64,000 nucleotides of DNA from Mayamaea pseudoterrestris (lineage: Eukaryota). Below the pieces are notes generated by a model. The model saw only the letters and a list, made by a program, of their open reading frames with translations, was not told where the DNA came from and made no database searches. This document shows positions 11,660 to 22,190 of the stretch, piece after piece. The stretch covers positions 124,001 to 188,000 of the forward strand of contig BROI01000007.1 in assembly GCA_027923505.1 (NCBI GenBank). The letters are read 5' to 3'. The translations under genes and the position numbers were made by a program. Position 1 is the first letter of the stretch, and each line of letters starts with the position of its first letter.

Positions 11660-13855
11660 ATGAGCTGCCGTGTTCGCCGTATCGACGAAGAAGGCGTTTC
11701 ATCGTCAGAAGATGACGATGAGGAAGACGCTTTTGCTGTGCTTTCCAAGAATAAAACGCAACGGCCGAAATTAGTCCATGCGAAGAACGAACATGGGTCT
11801 GACAACACCGAGCCGATTACCGGTAGCAATGCAGAAGCTCCTATCGTTGCCCCCATTAACAAGCGGCATCATGCATCGACTGGAAGCGATGCACGAAAAC
11901 AAAAGCTCGACGCCCTTGTTGAGGAATTGAGCTCCCAGACGCCAGCGACATTGACGAGACACCAAACTGGTGCCAAGATCAGCCACTCTCGCGGATCATT
12001 TGTTCAGCCTGGCGAAGAACACTTGACAACTAACGTTTTTGTCGGGAATCTCCCTCCTTCCGTTACGGAGGAAGAAGTCGGTTACTTGTTTGGTCAATTT
12101 GGTACGATACGTTCTTCTTTGTGCCTGGTGTAGGAGATGACAATGCATATAATTTGAAGTGACAGCGCTTGTGAGCATGCTTGCTCATGTTCATTTTTTC
12201 TGAGAGCAGGTGAACTATATTCTGTCAAAATTATGTATCCCCGGACAGCGGAGGAGAGGTCTCGGAACCGGCACTCTGGCTTTGTTTGCTTTTGCAACCG
12301 ACAGGACGCGCAGGATGCCATTGCCGCCTGCAACGACCGCGACGTGTTCGGCAAGGGGCATCGACTGCAGTTGAATTGGGGAAGACGAGTCGAGTTGCAC
12401 GGACGAAATCAAGCTGTAGCAAAGATCTCTGATGCTGTATGTACGTTGCATGATACAGCTTGGTCTGGGGCAAGTGGCAAATACGATCCAATGATTCATG
12501 GAGCAACGGCAATACACGTTCGGGCTCCTTCGAATCCCCAGCGCCTGCAATTAATATCATCGGTTGCCACGTTTGTTGCCAAAGATGGCTCTCAAATGGA
12601 GCTTAATTTATTGCAGCAGTATCATTCGAATATCGCGCCTGACTTTGATTTCTTGGTGAGTGCTACAACATCGCAGCTTCCTAGCTGTCGCGAAGATCAC
12701 ATATACTACAAGTGGCGGGTCTATTCTTTTGCGCAAGGCGACAGTTGGCATGTTTGGAAAACGACTCCCTTTCAGCTAGTCCATGGTGGCTGCTACTGGA
12801 TACCACCGTCAGTAGATTTGGCAGCTGCACGACGGGAACAAGAGGCGCAACGAGTACAGCAGGAAGAGATGGAGAGGCAAAAGAGGGAGCGACGGATGCA
12901 AGGTCACCAGCAGAAGGTATTGATTGGGTGTCACACGGGAAATTATTATTTATTGAACCATTTGAATCGCGAAGACCTTCAAGACTTTCACCGTTTGACT
13001 CGTGTCGAGCTATGTGGGTCACGCGAATCTGTTGCTCAAGCCATGTCATTTTGTTTTGAAAAAAGTGGTGCAGCTGATCAAATTTCGACTCTGCTAAAGG
13101 TGCTACTGACTGAAACAACTGAAGGAGACGAGAATATGGATGCTGTAATTGCACGATTATACCTCCTTTCCGACATATTGTACAATTCACAACAGCCTGG
13201 CGTGAAGAATGCATTTCGCTACAGGGATGCTATTGAGCGCTTGGCCCCCGATGTCTTCGACTCACTTCATCGATTTGGTCAAGATCTCGGGCGAATGAAA
13301 CTTAACAAGCTAGCTAGAGTGGTACGGAACCTTCTATTGGCGTGGCAAGGATGGGACGTGTTCCATACTTCTTTTATTGACGAACTGCGTGCTCGATTCG
13401 ATGGAGGCGTGATTCTTGAGGGCTCAAGAGGTTTGAAAGACCAAGAAAGAATTGACAAGCCTTCTGCCCTATTAGAAGCGGAAGACAAGCAAGGGGACGG
13501 ACCGGTAGCGCCTGCAACCTTAATGGCGGTGGAACCTCCAGTCGTACGGATGGCTAGTCACAGCGACGTATTCGAAACTGTTGCACGAACAGATGAGAAT
13601 GTAGATGGCGAGCCATTTAACACTGATGTAGATGAAGAAGAAGAAGTCGTAAAACACTGTGTATCAAGTTTTCTGCCAATTCCCCCTACATGCGTTCTGT
13701 TGAATCAGCACGACGGTTTGAGGAGTGGCGAAGCAGGTTTACAGTCAGTTGCCGTGGATCGTAACAGCGAAGAAGATCTAGATGACGATGATGGCGAATC
13801 CATTGATGGAGAATCACTTAATGGTGACTCACTCGATGGGAAACCTTTTGATTGA
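11660..13855 (+). CDS. U2SURP: U2 snRNP-associated SURP protein (SR140); exons 11660-12101, 12210-13855
   Basis: RRM (TTNVFVGNL..SVKIMYPRTAEER..GFVCF) joined by intron 12102-12209, SURP (VAKDG..HIYYKWRVYS), CID (ARLYLLSDILYNS), DGE repeats. Confidence 0.9.
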
Positions 13856-13903
13856 TGTCTTCTATCGTGTTTCTATAAAGTTTACGAGCTTTTTATCCAT
13901 ATG

Positions 13904-16210
13904 TTATATTAATTCGTTAGCAAATATTTTCAAGCCAAACACACCTCGAGGTTCAGTATCCAAATATTGCGCTGTCGTTATTCTCGGCGGAGTTGGCAGT
14001 GCAGACATGGCTCGCTCAAGCGTCTCGATGGACGCTTTCTGTGTCACTGCAACATGCTCTAGGAAAACTTTGGCATCATTATCGTCGTCACTGAGCACTT
14101 GGTTTATAACAAGGTTGCGTACCTTCAGTGGCATGTCCGGGTCTTCAAACGTAAGATCGTTCAGTAGTCGAATGCTCTCACGTGCAGATAATTCCGTGGC
14201 GACGGATACTATTACAAATTCCGTGAGCTGCGCATCGGCAAACATGTCTTCTAAATCATACATTTGGAGCTGGAAGGATAGCAGCTGGGACTTGGCGGCT
14301 GATGCCGCCGTTTCCATCTTTTCAGCGTTGCTGCCGCCAGTAATTAGCGACTTAACCAACCTATTTGATTTCACCTTCTCGGCAATCGCAAGTAAGCGAT
14401 CAATGAGTTCAGCGAGAAAGACCGGGGTCGAAAGCATACGCAGCGTATGTCCCGTTGGCGCTGTATCGAGGATGACCCTCGAAAACTTTCCCTTCTTGAC
14501 GAGGTTCACAATCTTAGCTAAAGCGACCACTTCATCAGTTCCAGCCGGCAATGTATCGAACACTTCCCCCAGATCTTTCAACGTTTTTTTAATACCACCA
14601 GTTCCTTCAGCAGTTTCGTCACTACCGATAAACTGATCGACAAGACTCTTAAACTGGCTGAGGGCCGAGGAAGGGTCAATCTCCATGGCGGACAGAGAGC
14701 CATCTGTCGCTGGCACTCCAATCAACGGAACACCTTGGAGCGTACCGCCATCTAAATTGACACCAAGTGCATCCCCGAGACTGTGAGCTGGGTCGGTACT
14801 AATAACGGCAACATCATGACCTTTTGCAGCCATAGAAACTGCAAGTGATGATGCAGACAGGGTTTTTCCAGTGCCGCCTTTACCACCGCAGATTACAATC
14901 CTTGGTTCCTTTGCATTATCATCTTTGTCCATGAGATGAGCAAAGGATGGATTCTCAATAAATACTTGAGTGCCGACATATGCCAGTGCAGGAACGCCGA
15001 CAAGCTCCACGTCAAAGAACGGCACCTTGGTCAGCGCAATAGGTTGCGGGCTACCATTGGCTTGAAATTCCTTGCTGGCGCTAACATCGTCAATGGCAAT
15101 TCGTAGCTTGTCAATCCATTTCGCTTGACCAGCCTTGCGACGCTTATAGTATGCATCCAATGCTTCGGGATTTTCCTCGGCGGCAGCATTTCCAATGCAC
15201 TGGTTAACGACAACGTCGCTGACTCGCACGTTCTGCGAGCTCAACTCGGCCACCAGTCGCTTGCTTTCCGCGACACCAAGTTTAGTTGGTATCGTCACCA
15301 CAACAAAGCTAGTCCGTGTTGGATCTTGTAGTTGTTTTCTCATGCCAGCCATTTTGTCTTTGAAGGCATCCAATCGCTTGGCGGCATCATCCACAGCCTT
15401 GGCGCGCTTATTTGCCTCGGCATTGCCTAGAAACGCTTGTAGCGTTGACGCCAAGCCAGAAAGCTTTAAGCGCAGTTTAATCAGCTTTCCCAAAAGTCCA
15501 TCCAGAAATTGCGGAAGTTGCAGCAAGCGCAAGGTGTGTCCAGTTGGCGCTGTATCAATGACGATCACGTCAAACAGTCCCTGCTTGGAATCCAATACAT
15601 CACTCAGTGCCACCAACTCGTCGAGACCCGGCGGTGGATTTTTTAAAAAGCCATTAAACTCGCGTAACCCCAAACTTTCCAGTAAATCCATGGGCACCCC
15701 AAGTGACTCGGCCAGTCGATCAATGTCAAAGGCTGCCAGAGACTCTCGAAATGAATCGAGTGCCGACGCGGCATCAATCTCCTGAGCATAGAGTCGCCCA
15801 TTGGTCAATGGATCCGTCATGAGCATTGGCTTGCCCTTGGCTTGACGCAAATCTTCGTCTAATGCATCTCCGAGTGAGTGGGCTGGATCCGTCGAAACTA
15901 CCAGCACTTTCAAGTCGAGTTCATTAGATGACGCTAATGTAATTGCCAGAGCAGATGCGCATGTGCTCTTTCCCGTTCCTCCTTTCCCTCCAACAAATAC
16001 TGTCTTGGTTGTCTTCGAGGCTGCAATCTCATCAATCAAGTGTTGCAATGATTGTAGGCGAGTCCGTTGCTTTCTGGTTTGATAGTGTGACGACGAGCGA
16101 GTAGAGAGATTGGATCTTGCCAATGGGATTGGATGCAGATGTACAAAAGCTGTAGCAATTTGGCTCCAGAAGAGAACCAAGACGGTGAAAGATAGTAGTA
16201 CTCTTATCAT
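13904..16210 (-). CDS. Tandem two-domain ArsA/GET3-family ATPase, predicted plastid-targeted
   Basis: Two copies each of GGKGGTGK(S/T), STDPAHSLGD and DTAPTGHTLR; signal peptide ending IATA-FV followed by an S/R/T-rich transit-like stretch. Confidence 0.9.
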   Translation of the reverse strand: MIRVLLSFTVLVLFWSQIATAFVHLHPIPLARSNLSTRSSSHYQTRKQRTRLQSLQHLIDEIAASKTTKTVFVGGKGGTGKSTCASALAITLASSNELDLKVLVVSTDPAHSLGDALDEDLRQAKGKPMLMTDPLTNGRLYAQEIDAASALDSFRESLAAFDIDRLAESLGVPMDLLESLGLREFNGFLKNPPPGLDELVALSDVLDSKQGLFDVIVIDTAPTGHTLRLLQLPQFLDGLLGKLIKLRLKLSGLASTLQAFLGNAEANKRAKAVDDAAKRLDAFKDKMAGMRKQLQDPTRTSFVVVTIPTKLGVAESKRLVAELSSQNVRVSDVVVNQCIGNAAAEENPEALDAYYKRRKAGQAKWIDKLRIAIDDVSASKEFQANGSPQPIALTKVPFFDVELVGVPALAYVGTQVFIENPSFAHLMDKDDNAKEPRIVICGGKGGTGKTLSASSLAVSMAAKGHDVAVISTDPAHSLGDALGVNLDGGTLQGVPLIGVPATDGSLSAMEIDPSSALSQFKSLVDQFIGSDETAEGTGGIKKTLKDLGEVFDTLPAGTDEVVALAKIVNLVKKGKFSRVILDTAPTGHTLRMLSTPVFLAELIDRLLAIAEKVKSNRLVKSLITGGSNAEKMETAASAAKSQLLSFQLQMYDLEDMFADAQLTEFVIVSVATELSARESIRLLNDLTFEDPDMPLKVRNLVINQVLSDDDNDAKVFLEHVAVTQKASIETLERAMSALPTPPRITTAQYLDTEPRGVFGLKIFANELI

Positions 16211-16474
16211 GGTGGTCGCATATGTAATTGCGTGGGATAAAATAATATATACAAGTAGTATAGAATGGAAGGATCCAAACGTGAGATGATGACCGTCGTG
16301 TTGTTGTTTCGTTGCGTGGAGGTGCGACTCTAGTAACGTCCTAGCGGTATTTGAGGATCTTCACGCGTCGCAACCAACCAAGCGACCAGATTCTGCACAT
16401 CAGATACCTTCCACCTTTCGGTATCAAAGGTTGTCGTCAGATTAACTACATCTCAATACACAAGTATTCTAAAT

Positions 16475-17496
16475 ATGGTCGTCTTTTCCTGTGACGGCTG
16501 CGCCGAAGTCTTGAAGAAAAATCAAGTCGATGCGCATGCCAGTCGATGTAGAAGGTGCCACTCCGTTTCGTGCGCCGACTGCCTCGTTTCATTTCCTGAT
16601 GGTACGTTTTGCGAATGATGATTAGGATTATATTGGTGACTTTGATGATGCTAATCTATTTCTCGAAGGGCGCTACGCCTTGGGAGTATATAAATGTTTT
16701 AATTAAACTCTGAGAGCAGTCGCTACAGAATTGGACTTGGCGATCAACATAATAAGTCGTCGTCTCACTCTTTTCGCCCAAAATCATTCCACGCGCACTC
16801 ACAGACGAGTATCGGGCACACACTTCATGCATGACAGAGGTTGAGCGATACGAAACCAAGGGACGCGTCAATAAACACACCAAAATTACCCCGCAGCAGC
16901 AATGGATGGACCTATTGTCCTCGAGCGTTCATTCTTGTCCACTGCATTTGAAGCAATACTTTCAAACCATGGCCTCCCTCGACAATGTGCCACGAAAGGA
17001 AAAACAGTTTCGGAACTTTGCGCAAAACTCACTGCACTTGAATGCACGAGAATCGGACAAGTTGCTGACGGAAATTTGGATGTACTTGATTAAGGTCAAG
17101 GAGCAGCAACGCGATGCCAAGCAGGCAATACAAGATAAGGAACATTTACTGAATGCTAAAACAAAGGAGACGGCAATTCAGAATGAAGATTTGGAGACAT
17201 TTACAAATAGCAATTTATCGGACGGGGATGCAACACTTGGCAGCATTTTGCCAGTAACTGATCAGCAGCATGCGTCCGGCATCCTTACATCCGAGACTGT
17301 CAAAAAGGCCATGAAGAGCGCATTGAAGGAGTCAAAAGACAATTCGCTGACACTCAAGAAACTACGAAAGACATTGAGAAAAAAGTTGGGACTGTCAAAG
17401 ACTGGAAAGGGACAGCTCAAGCGTTTGATCAAGGTGAACCTTTCCGCTAAAAAGTTTGTCGTTGAGGACGAAATTATTCGACTACAAGTCGCATAA
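16475..17496 (+). CDS. LYAR: LYAR-type C2HC zinc-finger nucleolar protein; exons 16475-16601, 16805-17496
   Basis: MVVFSCDGCAEVLKKNQVDAH..C...VSCADC..F..YRAHTSCMTEVERY across a GTACG..ACAG intron; DNVPRKEKQFRNF; Lys-rich C-terminus. Confidence 0.9.
16611..16723 (+). ncRNA. Probable intronic box C/D snoRNA with LSU rRNA guide
   Basis: ATGATGA at 16615 and TGATGA at 16643 (C/C' candidates), CTGA D box 16710-16713, and 14-nt TGTTTTAATTAAAC (16695-16708) complementary to the recalled LSU segment GUUUAAUUAAAACA; short terminal stems possible. Confidence 0.7.
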
Positions 17497-17591
17497 CTTA
17501 AATTCATGTTTAATTGCTGTACAACAAGCTGCGCGCTTGCGCTTGAAGAGCTTGCTTGTGTCCGACTTCACCCTTACAGTAGCTCGGGTGG

Positions 17592-18194
17592 TTACACATT
17601 GCTGCTTGCACTGTCGTCAGACTCGTATCCAGAAAGCAGCCCACCCAATCCAAAGGGTGTAAGCTCGCACTGCTGTGTTACAGCAGACGATGGCGCCACA
17701 AATTTCACTGCTTTCTGCTCGTCACTTTCGTCAATCTTTCGTTTCCTTCGAATTATTGTCGGCACGAGTTTGGAAGTTGCCTGATTTGTGGTGGGTAGTG
17801 GCGGTTGGTACACTACTCGCGCAGCACCTTCGTTTTTCATTTCGTTTGCCAGCAAGTTGTTGCTTTCTTCTTGTTTCATTTTAGCTGCATGAAAGGCGGC
17901 CAATTCTAGATCCGTCGCTTTTTGCTTGAGCGCTTCTTGTCGATCTTTTTCTCGTTGGAGTTCCATCAAGTAGGCTGCATCATCTTCGTCAAGTGCAAGA
18001 GTTCCACGCATCATGGCTCGCTGGCTCTCTTCGCGGTCTTCGTCCTCTTCTTTGTTGCTTCGTAGCTGGTCAAAGAGTGGTTGCTGACGTTCCTTGACTG
18101 CAGAATCACCTTTGGTGCCTTCAATGGCTGTTTCCTGAAAGTCCCCGGCATCATTCTGCGTTTGTATTGATTTGGACACAAATAACAAACTCAT
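17592..18194 (-). CDS. FAM192A/PSME3IP1 (NIP30)-like protein
   Basis: MSLLFVS..., PLFDQLRSNK, ALDEDDAAYL, coiled coil, C-terminal GLLSGYESDD. Confidence 0.7.
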   Translation of the reverse strand: MSLLFVSKSIQTQNDAGDFQETAIEGTKGDSAVKERQQPLFDQLRSNKEEDEDREESQRAMMRGTLALDEDDAAYLMELQREKDRQEALKQKATDLELAAFHAAKMKQEESNNLLANEMKNEGAARVVYQPPLPTTNQATSKLVPTIIRRKRKIDESDEQKAVKFVAPSSAVTQQCELTPFGLGGLLSGYESDDSASSNV

Positions 18195-18478
18195 TCCTTC
18201 ATCGGTTGTTTGGTGGAGGTGTAGATTGAACGAGAGTACAGTAGTGCGCGCTGCGTCGGCTTGGTGTAACCTGCTTGGAAAGTGGATGCGAAACTCCTCG
18301 CGCTGATGACTCGTGGTCGGACACGACAACGACATCGTTGCCTAATCCCTTTTTGTTCGTGATTTCCAGCTATCTCTACTTGAAAGATACGGAGAGCATG
18401 CACTAAATGTATATACAATTCTATCAACCGTTCATCGAGCGCATTTAGGGTATTTTGGCTGTGCATCTATCGAATGCT

Positions 18479-20159
18479 TCAACGTGGCCGCAGCCAATAG
18501 CTGCGTGTCCGCTGTTGCATTGTTTCCGTCGTCATTCCCAAATGATGGGTTGACGCAACTAAAACATTACGATCTATATCTGAACATCGGAAGGCTCCAG
18601 TGTCGTCCACGCTCATCTACGGCAAATAAAAGAGGCGACCCTTGAGTCAGATCAACGTTGTTTTGCAAATGAAGCAAGCGGCAACTAACGAAAGATCTCT
18701 TGCTTACCATGAATATGAGCGTGTCTCCGAATAATATGTCATTGGACATATGTATCTGGTCTGGGCGAAATTGGTCAAATGCACCATCGCCAAGCAAGGA
18801 GTGCACCGTCATCCCAAGCGCGCAAGAACCTGCGATGTTGTCATGCAACGAAGCAGCTCGCATCTTCCATAATGGCTCACGTCGACTCAAGCAAAACATA
18901 CATTCAAGATCACCTTCGTCCCACTGCTGCACAACTGCCGTAACTACTTGCTCCACCACTCGAACAATGAACGGGTGGCCGGGTGCGGCGGCAATAAAAC
19001 CATTCCAGAGGCAGTGGTCACGACTACCATCGTTCGAGTCATCCCGCGCCGCCACAAAGCCAGTATTCGCAGACAAGAGTGTATCTAAATTCGTTTCAAG
19101 CAAGGTGTCAATGTTAGCGTATACTCCGCCATCTTTGAGCAGCACCAGCAGTCGAAACAAGTCAGATTGTTCTTGCTGCTGCATAGCCAGTTTATCGTAT
19201 GCATGTAGAACCATCGACGAATAGTGTCGCTGGACATATTCTCTAGCCATGACTGTTGTATAAAACCGATAATCCCACCCAGCGGCCCTCCAGGCGTTTT
19301 GAAAGCGATGAAGCTCTGGACGTTGCCAAGCAAAAATGGGCTCGTGAAACTCTTGATGGATAATGCGAGGAATTAAGCGTGTCGCAGTTATCTGCTTTGT
19401 TTGTACCTGTAGCTTTACCCACTCCTTGTCTTTCTTCCTTGTGATAGCAGCCGCATCGCAAAGCAATTGTGTATAGCAGGCAGGACAAACGCTGCTGCAA
19501 GCCTGGAGTGAGCCCCATCGACTAGATGATAGACAACGCTGGCAGATCCATCCTGGCCGACATGCATTTTTAGCAAGCGTAGAATGGAACAGTGATACTT
19601 TTGATTCTTCAGTTGGTGCAACAGAGTCAATGTTAACTACAGTATTTCGAATCATTGGTTGTGTGTGTATTTCGTCCGTAGTAATGTCAAACGTAGCCGC
19701 TTGAGCCCGTCCACTCTGATGCCTCGCCAGCAATTCCTCTAAGAAGCGACTATAGCCTGGTATTTTGTGTCGTCTTGTACGTTCCGTGACAAGTGGATAT
19801 GTGATGAATTCAGGTCGCGGTCGACGTTTTGCTTCCAATCGATTCAGTACGCTGTCCGCAAAACGACCGACCAATCCGCCATTGATAGAGTATCCATTTC
19901 CAAAGAGGAGAGTTTTCACTGGCAGCAGGGCAACTTTAAATAGCATTATTACCAAGAGAATGAATGTAAGTACTCTTTGTTGCGTAAATTTCTTGTTGGG
20001 CATCAAGTGACCGAGGTTCCATTTTCTTGAATCCTTGCTTCTGCTACCTTGATGCTCTGCCGCGCGATTTAAGGAGAGAGAATGTTCAGCGAGCCGACTT
20101 TTGGCCACAGATGGAGAACCGAGACGTCTTCGGCGCACTACATCCTCATGGATTTGCAT
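18479..20159 (-). CDS. Type II membrane glycosyltransferase, GT32/Gly_transf_sug-like; exons 20159-18708, ~18616-18479
   Basis: N-terminal TM, IPRIIHQ, DLFRLLVLLKDGGVYANID, LWNGFIAAAPGHPFI; GTAAG..TAG intron then MSVDDTGAFRCSDIDRNVLVAST. Confidence 0.82.
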
Positions 20160-20482
20160 GAAACCTGATCAGAGCAATGCAGTCTCCTTTTGAAGCAGTA
20201 GATGTTGCCATGGTCGACGATCGACGACAATCGAGAGATGGTCGTTGTCTCTCCGGGACTCAACCGACCGCGTCACATCGACGTTTTGCGATGCCTGGCG
20301 ATCACACGCGCGTTCCAATCGTCGCCGCCACTTTCGGCAAGCCTCGCGTCACTGTTGCATCACAATCGCATCACAGAGAAGCTCCGTGACGAGAGCACGA
20401 CGTATTCACTTCTGCTTGGGTCAAACAATCTCACAATTTGGTTCTTGTCCAGTTGAGCCATTTGACATTGAAAAGCAACGAC

Positions 20483-21557
20483 ATGTCTGATATCCCAGTT
20501 GCTGCCGAGACGGCAGCTGCCAACATCGACACCTCTGAAGCTCCGGAAGCTGTCATGGAACCAGTGGTAATGGACCCTGTAGACGTTCTTCCTCTTCCGC
20601 TGAACGAGCCTGACGTCAAACAACTAGTAGAAGAATCCAATGACGGCAATGACAATTTAATGATGGAAGATGTTTCCGGAGACGACCGAGAGGAAGAGTC
20701 GGAAGGAACAGAAACAAAGGTTCCTTCACGCGCCCGTGAAGTGCGGTTGGATCAGAACCGCAAGGTCAGTGTGGGTTACTCGTTAACGCAAAACATACCT
20801 TTTGAGTCTATGCAAAGCGTTCATGATGCAATTCTCACTCACTGTCAATTGTTTGCATTAACGAAAACTACAGGCGGCCCGCGAATCTCGTCGAAGGAAA
20901 AAGGTCATGATTGAGGAGCTTCAACGATCTGTCATTTTCTTTAGCAGGGCCAATTCAACACTCAAGCTGCAGAATGATGAAATCACGCGTTTGCTTTTGC
21001 ATGCTCAAAGTATCATTTCACAGCAACTGAATGATGACGCCAAGGCGGAAGAAGCAGCTAAGGAAGGTGGTGGTGGGGATGGAACGACGGCAGCTCAGAA
21101 CGCGGCCTTGGCGTCGAACAAAAATTCCAACGTTCCAGTCTTCACGTCACTTCCACCCATGCAGCCGGGCGCAACCATGCAGGCCATGTCCAATTTTCAG
21201 CAGGCTGCATCTATGGCCATGCAGCAGGCCATGCAAGGACTTCAATCTATTCCTGGCATAAACATGACCCAGCTCACGGCTGCGCCTGCAGGAAGCAGCG
21301 CTCAGCAAGCCTATACAGACACGATGACGGCGCTGGCCATGCAGCAAGCCGTTATAGCGGCGGCCGGAACGCAGCACGCCTTTAACATGCAGCAACAGCA
21401 GCAGCAGCAGCAGTCTGGTTTTCCTCAGGCTCCATTTGCTGTCAATCCGTTCATGTGGACAGGCATTCCTCAGCAACTTATGCCAGCATTTAACGGAGGA
21501 GACAGCAATGAGGGTGGCGGACAAGATGCGGTTCAAGGAGAGGCCAAACAGGGATGA
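20483..21557 (+). CDS. bZIP transcription factor; exons 20483-20764, 20874-21557
   Basis: Basic region REVRLDQNRK|AARESRRRKK across intron 20765-20873, zipper IEELQRSVIFFSRANSTLKLQNDEITRLL, Q/M/A-rich tail. Confidence 0.9.
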
Positions 21558-22190
21558 GTAAACAGGGAACTGCAAATTTATGGTATGCTTTTATGTTTCC
21601 GTGGTACAGGTAGGATGCACTGGGCTTGCTGTCGTGCCCATTATTTGCATGAAAGCTGTGGCTCCTTATAATAATTAATAGTAATCGTGTGGTTAATTTA
21701 ACAGCGTTGGTATAGCCACGCTGTTCTATTTCATATGATATGATACATATACGGGTAGGGGTACACTATGATAATGATGTGCTTGTCAGTTTGGTCAAGC
21801 GATGACGGTATAATACGGTACATAGCTAAAATTGGCTACCGTAGTCACAACTGATACTTTCGTTTTCATTCAGTAGGTACGACTAAAATATCCTGCTTCA
21901 CTGTCACGCTGTGCGACATTACGACGAGCAGCTGCACGACGAGATCTCATCGTCCTCCACCTCACAACGATGGTCTTGTATCTATTGAAAGTTGCCAGCG
22001 CAAGGTATGATAATGCCAAAATGCTCTATTAATACAAATAATGACTCTCGTGAGCTCCGGGACTTTTTGGCTTTGTCGTGTGATCAATCTGCCATTTTTT
22101 CACTTTCCGACCGGGCCGGCACGTTAAACCTTTCCATCGTCCTAATTGCCTGCTGCTCATAAATAATTTTGCTATTTACAGCGTCGGAGA

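Noticed and set aside
13782..15785. Long antisense ORFs opposite ArsA (and similar ones opposite CNOT4, NUP205 and the TE)
   Set aside because: Shadow ORFs of real genes with no motifs.
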